In this document: piece after piece, positions 53,200-63,749 of the stretch
Layout of the letters: every line of letters begins with the position of its first letter
How positions within the stretch are numbered: position 1 is the stretch's first letter
NCBI GenBank assembly: GCA_011109175.1
Contig: RDEW01000020.1
Location: forward strand, 177,143 to 241,142
DNA: 64,000 nucleotides
Direction: 5' to 3'
Origin: Dicyema japonicum
Lineage: Eukaryota > Animalia > Dicyemida
Position numbers and translations under genes: made by a program
Notes under the pieces: generated by a model
Seen by the model: the letters and a program-made list of their open reading frames with translations, nothing else
Database searches by the model: none
What the model was told of the DNA's origin: nothing

Positions 53200-53990
53200 A
53201 TGCGTTTGTTGGAATTGACTAGGGAACAACTTCAAAAAATTTGTTTTTGAAGACGGTAAAGCATTTTTACTGAAAGATCATCTAAAATTACGGTTCTTTG
53301 CAGTTGAAGATAAGGAACTGAATTAAAGATAATTGAGGTAGTTTATCTGTTTTATTAAAGTCTGAGCATAATAAAAATCATTTTGGCCGAGATAAACTTA
53401 GTATATGTGGAGGAATAGTTTCTACAGCATAATGAAAGAAGATATCCGCCTTGTATTAAAAAAATGTGTTTATTGCCAAGTATTTGTTATTTATTTATTA
53501 GCTAGTCAAAAAAATTGATGGCAACAAAGCCACCTTTTACTCCAATTATTGCCCGAGGTCTAAGAGACCATTATATCGAAGATCTTATAGATCTCAGAAG
53601 ATATTCAGAAAGAAATCGATCAAACTCGTGGGTAAACTTCAATAATTATTTTTATGAAGGTTCTAGCCGTCGTTGACTCATTCACTAAGTTTGATGCTGT
53701 GCAACTGACAAAGAATAAAAGTGCATTGGAAATCTCATCTCTTCTTGAGAATATATTTTACGTTATTGGAGAACCCGTTTTTCTTCGAACTGATAACGGA
53801 AAGGAGTTTCGCAATTCTGAAGTGGATAAGCTCTGAATTTTTTAAAATAAAGCATATCTATGGAAGGCCTAGAGCACCATGGGTACAAGGAAAGTTGAAG
53901 GGTTTATTTTAAAGCTATAATAAATAGGTTCAACCAATCAGTTAAACGACGGATATCCTCAACAAATGCTTCAGCTGGAAGTTTTGGACT
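53200..53990 (+). mobile_element. Decayed intron-containing DDE integrase (Ginger2/TDD or KRBA2/SCAND3-like)
   Basis: After removing 23-28 nt GT-AG introns: HHCC (EHNKNHFGRDKL...KCVYCQ), DLID, VLAVVDSFTKF, LRTDNGKEF, GRPRAPWVQG.VE.FNQ; the residual frameshifts could be decay or assembly errors. Confidence 0.8.
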
Positions 53991-54399
53991 TTAATTTACT
54001 TTTTGTATTATGTCGCACACGTGGTTTGGCAATTAAGTTTTAAAAATGCTATTTAGAGTTGCTCTTAACACTAGAAATTGTAATAAAAAAGTATTAAAGA
54101 TCGTACTAATCAAAAAATCCGAGTCAAATAAACTCTGGTCGAAGGCCGCATAGGGAACAGTATCAAATTGGCTTTTTAAAATTAGGGTTTGGTTAAGGTT
54201 GTCTTTCGAATTTGTGTTAGGATGGTAGGTTAACAGCTCTCGTGGATTTTTGTTGTCGTTAAATAAAAGTATTTCAGAGTCACAGACCCGGAATTAGAAC
54301 CAATGACTCAGTTGGTGACTTGATGGATGATGGTGAACTTGTTCACGGAAGAACTGGAAATGGATATTGATCACTAAAATCCACATTTAATTATTGACA

Positions 54400-55740
54400 C
54401 ATATGCTGTCCTGGAATTACTGTCGTACCCAGGGAGCGGACATACTTTCTTGGGTGCCCACTCGACGAAAAGGAACTGCGGAGCCATCTACAAACAAAAG
54501 AGGATGAACTCTCCAGAGTCACAGAGAAACTTTCCTTACTCGATGGTCATACAGCGTTCTTCCTTTTGAAGAATAGCATCGGCTTGCCCAAACTCCTATA
54601 TGCTCTCCGATGTTCTCCCTGCTTCAAACATCGTGACATCCTCCTGTCACTGGATAGGACATTGAGAAAATCAGCTGAATTACTTCTAAACATCCAGTTT
54701 GATGCGCCGAGTTGGAACCAATGCAACCTTCTACACGCCTCGGAGGAACGGGTCTCAGGTCGGCGCTGGAGATCGCCTATCCAGCATATGTGTCATCGCT
54801 CTCAAGTGGAAGCCTTTTGGTCCAAGAAATCCTACGTATTACAACCGGACTCTCTTGGGAAAAAGTCTTCGACGAAGCTCGTTGCGAATGGTGTGAAACT
54901 GGTTTGGATATGCCGAACGATCCTTCGAGGCAACGTGACTGGGATGATATTTACTCCAAGAATATCTTCGACGTGCTAAAGTCTGAGGCCAACCAGCATC
55001 GTCTTGCATGCCTCGTGTCCGCCGCCAACCATGGGAGCGGAGCGTGGCTGGATGCACTCCCGTCTTCCTCCCTGGGGACCCTATTGGACGATGACTGTAT
55101 TCGGATTGGAATTGCACAACGCCTGGGAGCTGATGTTTGCGTCGAACACCAATGTCGCTGTGGAGGGATCGTCGATGCCAAAGGGCTGCACCCGCTCTCG
55201 TGCAAAAGGAGTGCGGGCAGAGCACCCCGCCATGCTGCTATGAACAACATAGTTTTGCGAGCTCTTGAAGCGGCAAGCTTCCCGGCAGTATTGGAACCTG
55301 TGGGATTGGACCGCGGAGATGGGTTTAACTATCTTTCCGTTCACTGAGGGAAAATCGCTCGTATGGGACTGCACTGTTGTGGATTCTTTCTCGAACTCGA
55401 TGATGCTCAGCTCGGCGCAGTCTGCTGGATCGGCAGCCGATCTGGCCGAAAAAATCAAGATTAAAAAATATGGCGAAATTGGAGACCGCTACCGTTTTGT
55501 ACCGGTAGCAATCGAGACGTCTGGTGCGGCTGGAAGTATTACAGCCTCTTTCCTAAAGGAAATCGGGGGAAAATTGGCCCACCGCAAGAAAGACGTGCGG
55601 GAAGCGGTCTGGCTGAGGCAAAGAATTGGTATCGCAGTTATTCGCGGAAACGCTTACTCCGTGATGTCAGCAGCCGCTCTCCCCCATAGTTAATAAATAA
55701 TATTTTATTGTTAATAAATTTTTGATTTAAAAAAAAAAAT
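54400..55740 (+). mobile_element. 5'-truncated CRE-like non-LTR retrotransposon with poly(A) tail (young copy)
   Basis: LPKLLYALRCSP, LGGTGLR, QRDWD, SGAWLDALP..LGTLLD, CCHC finger CRCG...GLHPLSC...RH, WDCT, FVPVAIETSG, IAVIRGNA; A-run at about 55729-55739. Confidence 0.92.
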
Positions 55741-56175
55741 TATTCAAAGACCACCGTCAAATCAAAAAAATAAGTGATCGCGGCGGCGAATTTGATTCAG
55801 ACTCTCGCCTTGGCTCAATGTTCCTCCTTTAATCCAACAAGTTCGTTGGGGTCGGGTTGTCTATCGGTCACGCTTTTTCAGGCCCCAACATTAGAATGTC
55901 CCAGGATTTTTTGACATTTCTTAAAAGGTAACGTTTCCCCATCAACTTCAATTTTATTTGACTCTTTTGACATTTTATTTTGTCAATTCTAAGATGAATT
56001 GAAACGGTCTGTTGTTAAATTAAATTAATGATGTAAATAATTAAAATGATGGAATTTAATAAATTTTATTAATTATAATTAAACTAAAAATTGTTAAATT
56101 TAATATAAATATTTTCAAATACTGCAGGTGCCTTTATAGTGATGTATGTGATGAGGTTTCAATATATAGACTCAT

Positions 56176-57009
56176 ATGTCTTATAAGAAAGCAATTAAAG
56201 CAGGAAGAAGGAAATACAACGAAAGATCTCAACCACAGGAGAGAGAAAATCTTGGATTATTGGAGAAAAAATCAGATTATAAAGACAGATCTAAAGTAGC
56301 CAACGAAAGACGTGAAAAGATAAAGAAATTGTACATAAAAGCACTGGATAAGAACGTGAATGAATTTCGTTACAAAATGATGAGGACAAAACTCATAGTA
56401 ATATTTAAATTTGAAATTATGTAGAACGGTGTTCACCAACCTGAGGAAAATAAGCCAGTCGTGTACACAGACGAGCAGTTAATTGCCATGAACACACAGG
56501 ATTCTAGGTACATCAGATTAATGCTAAGCAATGAAGCGAAGGTTTTTATTTTTTAATTTAAATTTAAAAAAATTATTTATAATTTTCATTTTTAATTATT
56601 TTAGAAAATTAATGCGTTAAAAGATAAAGTTGCTTCCTTCGAGGCCAGTCGTAGTAAATCTAATAAACGAATTGTTTTTACTGATTCAGGCGAAAGATAT
56701 GGTATTCTGTCTCAATTATTGTTTTAGTTGATTTCTCATTAGAGACTAGCCAAATTGATGAAATTGGGAATTCCTCCACTGAAGAATCCAATGAGGAAGT
56801 TCGTGCGGTTTGGATTATTGCTTCAATTTGGTTAGAAAAGAGATTTGGAAAGGCATGTGAACCGAGTGAAGAGCTTGACTGTAATTTTGGATAAAATGGA
56901 AGTGAAGAATCATTTGATGAATAATAAGGCCATCAAATCGACTTTGGTTGCTGAGGAAACGACCGAAAATGCTCCGATTTATCAATGGAATTTTGTGCGA
57001 AAGAAATGA
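56176..57009 (+). CDS. UTP11: U3 snoRNA-associated SSU processome protein 11
   Basis: ERSQP.ERENLGLLEKKSDY, ALDKNVNEFRYKM, MNTQDSRYI and C-terminal YQWNFVRKK*; GT-AG introns of about 25-28 nt plus one of about 63 nt. Confidence 0.93.
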
Positions 57010-58699
57010 TTTTTTCCTTTTTTTATTTTCATTTAAAATTATTTGACTTCTTTAATCCGTAGATTACGTTTTTGCTACGTATAAAAAATTTCTTTATTTC
57101 TAAAGTCAATATTGAGGACACGCGAATTGAGTACCTGGGATATCTGGCGGCATTCAGAAGCAATGATGCCCGCGAAGCACAGTGACTCTAACAGTTGTTC
57201 TTGATTGGTAGAATTTAAGCAAATTTAATTTTATCGGTTTTGTTGGATACTAGAATGTTGAGACTTTAAAGTTGCATTCTGGAGGGTTTAAAGCACTGGT
57301 TTGATATAGTTACTGGTAATTCTCGCTGACATCATGTTAGCTCAAGTGGAGAGTTTATCCCATTATTACCAGAAGTGAAGTAGAATATGATTCCTTTAAC
57401 CTCATTTCGTGAAATTTAGCTTTCGTCCTTTTCTAAGATGTGAGTCACTTTCAAGAGCTCTGAACCTTTATTGAAACCAATTTATAGAAAAAAATAATCT
57501 ATTAGTATTTGAAGAGCTTTGAAAGGTTAAATAAGCTACGTCTTCTCTGAAGTAGCTAAATCTACCAGTCTCGTGACGTACTAGAGCAATTTAAGTGCAA
57601 TTATGCTAGAATTTTGTTCATTTTATTTTATTATGAAAATAAGATAAAATAATTTTTATAATGTTTTATTCATTAAAAAGCCTACTTTATAAATGCTATT
57701 GGATATCAACCGAATTTGTGGAAATTCCTCAAGTGGATTGGGGAAGAGCAAATGATCCTTTTTCGTGGCAGCCTGACACTGGGCGCCACCTCGACAGGTG
57801 AATCACATGACGCCACTCTAATAGGAAGAAAAAGAGGAGGAACAACAAAACAAACAGAATCTTCAATTAATCAGCACTACATGGAGCCATACGGCGAAGT
57901 GGAAACTGGATACACTTAACTAGTTTTTACTTTAACTTTTTTCTTGGTGTATCCTGTGTTAATAAATTAATTATCCACCTGATGAATTATCACTAGGTAT
58001 CCTGATTTAATTTATTTAAATGAGGAAGATGGTTTGATTATTTCAGTAATTTTGAACAAATTGTAAAAATTTTTAACGAATTTGAGTCTGATGGAATTTT
58101 AGTTATTAATGCTAAACATTCCGTCACAAATAATACCGTTAAAATTTCATTAAGTGAAGTAATACTAAATTATTAAAAAATAATGCTTCTTAAAATATTG
58201 GAATGCTACGATTAAACATAATGATATTCAAGAACTGACAAGGCGAATATTAAGAATTACATAGAAAAAAGATTGGAACAAATGGATTTAAAACTATTAT
58301 TTAGTTGACTCTGAAAAATTTTCTATGAGGATTACTTTGTTTTATCACAATCTCAAACATCCTCTTCATATGTATAGCCATTAAAATGCTAAAAAATTGA
58401 AAAACGATACTTCAAAAAATAATGTTAAACATTACATTTTAAACTAAAACAGTTTATTAGAAATCCAAAAATTAACAACTTCTGGACTCCCCGACCAGTC
58501 TTTTCCTAGCACTTCCGCTCCCCACCCCATTTTCTGGACCACCTAACTCTCTATCAGTGTCGTGCCCCCTCCTTCTCGACTTGTAACCAATAAGAGGATT
58601 CCTCACCACTCCACAGTTTTTATTGATCTCCATTATTAATTCATCGAAGCCGTGTTTATACTCAATAGTCATGCTCTAGAGTCTTTTTTTGCGCAATCG

Positions 58700-59900
58700 T
58701 TTGGATGTAAGGTCGAGTGTTACCCGTAGTTCCAATGATGTCATGTAGACTTGAAGAACCTAGAGACAATCCCATCTCAGGTCAGAGCAATGGGAAGTAT
58801 TTTCACTTGGCTTTTTATATGATCTCTAATTCGCGAATATCATATTTAAGAAGTTTTTCGACTTCAACAGCCTTAAGATTAAAAAAAATGGTTCATTCAT
58901 TTTCTTATCATACAAGAAAACGTCACACCCTTTCATACTGAACTTAGGACTCCGTTGGAATAGTCGTATCAACTTGGATCTCAGCATACTGGTTTGTAAT
59001 TATGCTCTGAATAGAATGCGACTTAAATTTTTTTGATTTTTTAAATCCGAATTTCCTGGATGAGTGCATGTGAATGCATTTGACTATTTGATTGTGTCGT
59101 CTTGTATAGTTGAAGTTTAGCATCCTGTTACACCTCGTGGCTATATGATCGACTGTTTTTTAGGTATTGCAATGTGGCCAGTTTAGACCAAGATCCCGGA
59201 AAAAGATATTTCTATCTTGCAAGAGAAAGAACTTTACTTCAGCCATTGGAGAAATATTTCCCTTCGTAATCCATGTAGACGATGATTTTATGTCAAATGT
59301 ATCACTCTCAAGTGATTCAAATAATTTTGAATGGAGAGTTTTGTTTTTGATTTGTGAGTTAGGAGATTAATTTGTGAGTTCGTTAAAGCCTGCACAATGT
59401 CTATAGTTGGGTTTATTTGGTATTTCACCTGCAGAAATTCTGTGATTGTATTCCAGCTTTTTTCAGATTTAAAAGTTACTGATGTCAGCCCTCTTCCAAG
59501 CATACTCCTCGGTAAGCATAGAGAAATTTCTTCGTTGACACATTTCGTGACCAGCTTGTATAAACATACATGTAATCGGCCTAAGGTCCTAGGGTCAATA
59601 GACTTTTTTTTCTTTGGGATTAGACATGTAATCCCCGTATAAAACCATCTTTTCGGGTGACTTTTCCCATTAATGATATCTCTGATCTCCTTAAATAAAT
59701 ATTGAAGAGAATCCAACTTTTTGATAAAAAAAGTTATATACACCATCTACTCCGGGAGCCTTCAAATTAGGAAGGCAGTCAATTAACTTTATAAAATTCA
59801 CCCCTTTTGCATTTTTTGTAATTGTAAGAACACGTAATGTCAACTGCTTTTTTCTTTTCCTCGTCTTTAATAGTGGACAAAGAATTTTGATATTAGTAGA
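58700..59900 (-). mobile_element. R4-like (RLE-type) non-LTR retrotransposon remnant with RT core deleted
   Basis: NLKAPGVDG, WFYTGITCLIPKK, RPITC-like segment, LPRSMLGRGL, and KTVDHIATRC...YTRRHNQIVKCIH. Confidence 0.7.
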
Positions 59901-60154
59901 TTATTTTCAGCCAAAATTTTAATCTTCTTTTGTATTTTTTGCCTCCAATTCGATTTAAATGGTTCCTTCATTGTAATTTGTTGAGATGCACACTTAGTTA
60001 GTTGAAGCTCCTTCGCGTAGCCCTAAAAGGGTTTCGCTTGAGTCATGCTTTACAGTCATCCTCGCTCACATTCGTCTTCCATACAGACAGTTTTCAATTT
60101 CAGTCGCCGTATCGTCCAAATATTTGTGCCAGAGGTCATTCGATTGTTTTCTTA

Positions 60155-60493
60155 TCAAATGTGAAATTTGATTACGTTTTCTCTTTGATGCGCATTCAGT
60201 ATCGAACGTTTTTCCTTATGATGTTCCGACAATTCTTTTATTACGGGGTTATGACAATTGTCTGATGGGAGTAAAATAATCTGGTAGTTTCCAAAGGTTC
60301 CTCCGTATCCAAGTGCATTCTTTGTCTCTTGTAAGCAGCAGATGTCAATTTTGTACCGTGACAGATCTTCAAATAGTTGTTCCCTCTTGGATAGAAATGA
60401 GAAACCTCGAACTTTGTATGTGGCAATGGTGAACAAAGGGTTTGAACCTACGCATGATAAAGACATAATTTTTCTGGGGAAAAACATAAGCAT
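60155..60493 (-). mobile_element. RTE-like APE endonuclease fragment
   Basis: IATYKVRG...DLSRYKIDICCLQETK, homologous to 29230-29340. Confidence 0.75.
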
Positions 60494-60789
60494 GTCACCA
60501 CTTCAACCAATACCAGTGAAAAAGATGATATGCACACTGCGCAGAGTATATCAAAAATGAAATGTCTTCAATACTTGATCGCATGTTATTCGATGTATAT
60601 TCAATTAAAGATTTATTTAGCATTTCAATTAGATTCTCATTTACATATTGAGAAGGAATCTTTCTTGTACGACGCATCTCATCGATATCCTTTGAATTAT
60701 TTTCATTAATTTGAATTAAGTGCTATAATATTAAACATTACATTTTAAATACTATTTTTTAATTTTGGGGTTTTTATTATAAGGAAAAA

Positions 60790-62970
60790 GAATAGTTAAT
60801 TTTATTTTAATTATTTAGCTGTTGGGAGATGCATAAGCTATTCCCACGGACAACAGCCAACGAGAGCCTCTCCTTGAGCCATCTCGTCTCACGAAGATCA
60901 CCAGTTTTGTCGGATAGTAGTTTTCCAAGATGATTCAGGAACTTCAGCGTTTTAGGGCCAAAGTTCCCCGAAGTTTCAATCGCGACAGGGGCGAAAATGT
61001 ACCTGTCGCTGATATCCGAATACTTAGCATTTTTCATTTCCTCTGCTTGAGAAGAAGGTCTGCCCGGTGAATTATTTTTTTTGTTGGGGCGAAAGAGCAG
61101 ACACAGGTCACATCCCATACAAGTTTTCGCCCTCGCTCGAAAGGAAAGGAGGTCATGCCGTCAGGGCGTCTTCCGTTGTCAAATAGACCAGTCGGTTCGA
61201 TCCGGCAACGGAATCCAGCCGATTCTAATGCCCTCTTAATGATGCCGTTCATAGCCGAATGTCGAGAAGATCTGCCAATTCCGCTCCGGCATGAGAGGAG
61301 GTGGAGACCCAGTTCGTCCGATAGACAACCACATTTGCACTTCGATTTGGTGCAAACAGGCAATCCGAGGTGTAGACATACAGCTGTACAAAGGGAGTCA
61401 TCATCCAACAATCCACCAACTTCTTGACATGGGTAAACCCCAAGCCAAGATCCATCAATTTGCTTATTGGAAATTTTCAAAAAATGAAACTTCTAGTTTC
61501 TGAAGCATATCTGTTCTACCAATATTCTTCATGTACCTCCTCACACGTCTTCGAACTTCATCGAGGTGGCCAGAAGTTCTCTGACGTGAAAGTTGCAATT
61601 AAATTGTAGCATTTGTCGTTATAGCAAATGTCGTCCTAAAGTAGTTCAAATAGGATCACCAATTTTGAAGATGCTCGGTGAAATTCCGAACTATATTTGC
61701 AATGAAAGATCGACAAGCGATCTGTCCAGAAAGAAGGGGAAAACGTTGCAAACTACAATAGAACAAATTCCGTCATCTTTCTTCCCCAACACAGTTAGTT
61801 TTGCAGAAAAAATGAGTTTGCAACCAAAATCAGAGATAGTCCCAGAAAGCAACAAGTTCTCCCGGATAGAAGTATAGCTGGCTGGTCAACAAATAGAGAG
61901 AAGGTCTTAGATATACTGGCTTAAACCCATAAACTCCCCCACTACTGCTCCTTCGGAATGATCGTAGGGTATCACGAAAATTGGCGGAAGAAAAAGGATC
62001 GGGACAGACGGGAGCACAAATATCGTCTGGCACAGGAGGGTGTTTTGCTTTCAGAAGAGAAACTATCTCAGGGAAGCAACTAATTGGTAAAAATCAGTTC
62101 ACACAAGTTTTTCAGACCCAGAGGAAGGTTGGTCAGGGGATGAGATTAGTGCAGTCCTCAAAGGTATGAATAGCTCTGCAGCTAATTCCTCCTAAGATTC
62201 CATAAAGTTTGTCAGACGTGCTTTTATTCGACTTGAAAATAGGAGGAGTAGGTGTCGTTTCCAGGACAAGTGCGAGTACCAGGAAAGAGAAAAGCATCAG
62301 ACAACCATTGAAAACTGCTTTTTCGATCTGAGGCAAAAAAAGGAAATAATGGATGAGGCGAAATTGCGACGAGAACCCTTGGGGATCCTGACAGGGATAG
62401 TCATCCTGGATCGAGTGTTCGAAATAGCAATTAGAAACTCCTCTGGAGTCATAATTCCGATATCCTCAGAGATTGAGTATTTCACATTACATCCAGGGGA
62501 TGACTCTAACAGAATGCAAACACACGTCTACTTCTAAATTGATCTTGCAACTTTTTTAATAATCCTGGCACAAGAGATGTGGTAAATCGCCTACACGTAT
62601 CACAAGCGACCCAAAACTTTCTACCATTACTATGTTGGCAGATCAGACATGTCTTGTCAGATTTATGTTGAATAACGGTAATTCTAAAATAGACGATTGG
62701 AATAGAATTGATAGAATAGCAAAACAGAATACACAACAACAACGTGGCAAACAGCGTTTTTCTAAATATAACTCTATGCAAACAAACAAAAAGTAAACAA
62801 ATGGTCATACAGCGGTCGCCCTGACAGCGTTACTATTCCCTCTCAGGATAACGAGCGAGGTTCGCTGAAATAACTTGCGGCGCTCATGGGGATCTCCTGG
62901 TCGTGTAGAAATCCGATTCCCTAGACGACTCAAAAATTCCAGCGTCGCCGGCGAAGGGAACCAGACGTAT
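60790..62970 (-). mobile_element. CRE-like retrotransposon retaining both ends, with N-terminal PHD finger and internal RT deletion
   Basis: GC-rich 5' region; PHD CLIC..FWVACDTC..YHISC; RIPKGSR; KHP; SF..SSGG..GFKP; LGKKDDG; then GSWL..P...GGLLDD, CKCG..GLHLLSC, RPDG, WDVTC, FAPVAIETSG, VRGNS. Confidence 0.88.
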
Positions 62971-63406
62971 AACTACTTGATTTTAAAATAAAACCTTTTA
63001 AATTAAAGAACAAAAACTTTTATCCCCGGATAGCAGCTCTCATGATTGAGAGTGCATTTCATTTTACGATTTGTGTGGAAATTCGCTCAATCAGGCTACT
63101 GTCCTTCTGGTTGAGATTAACAGAAAAATTTACCACAAAACCACAAAAACCAATAAAATAATTTAAAACCGCAAACTCGATAATAAAATAAACAGACTAA
63201 TTTTGATTTATGATATTTTGGTGCTTACAAAAAGTTCAGAATTTGTCAGAAACAATAAATGAAAAATTAAGAATATTCATATATTTTTAATGTAGATTGG
63301 GATTATCTAGTAATTTTTATTAATTTTTTTTTAAAAAAAATAAAATTATTACTTTTTTTAATTTTAATAAAATAATGATTTCCGGCTGATTGGTTATTAA
63401 AGCTTT

Positions 63407-63737
63407 ATGGTTACAGACGATTTTTTCAAACAAATTGAAAAATTTATTAAAGCAATAAAGTGTACAGAAATCTTAAAAGGAAACTACCCCTCATTTCAAG
63501 AACTTGTACTTTCCAACGTCGTCAACCCCTTCTTTAAGATGATAAAAAGCAAGTACGGAGAACTTGTTCCCCCTAAAAAACCGCCATACTGCAGCAGAAT
63601 GTTTAATCCAGGCGAATTGTTCTTCGTGTGTGTGTAGGAAATTCATTTTCCACCTTTTAGTGACTGTGCAGTTGATGTGGCATGTGTTTGGTGTTATGAC
63701 TGTTTCTTTAACAGCGAGCACGTCAGTCATCATGGGG
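63407..63737 (+). CDS. 5' portion of a UBR1/UBR2-type N-recognin E3 ligase (UBR box); presumably continues beyond the window
   Basis: YCSRMFNPGELFFVCV|DCAVDVACVWCYDCFFNSEHVSH across a 27-nt intron (63634-63660) matches the UBR-box consensus. The start codon is uncertain. Confidence 0.8.
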
Positions 63738-63749
63738 TTTGTCTAAACG

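Noticed and set aside
52985-54235. TGTTAA...TTAACA as possible Ginger TIRs around the integrase
   Set aside because: Only 6 bp match and the flanking 4-mers (ATGG and GCTC) are not a TSD.
57960-58470. AT-rich stretch with short coding-like runs
   Set aside because: I could not build a spliced ORF or recognise any motif.
62810-62970. Canonical hammerhead or HDV-like ribozyme at the CRE 5' end
   Set aside because: No CUGANGA/GAAA core was found and no convincing nested double pseudoknot could be built by eye; it is kept only as an unclassified structured motif.
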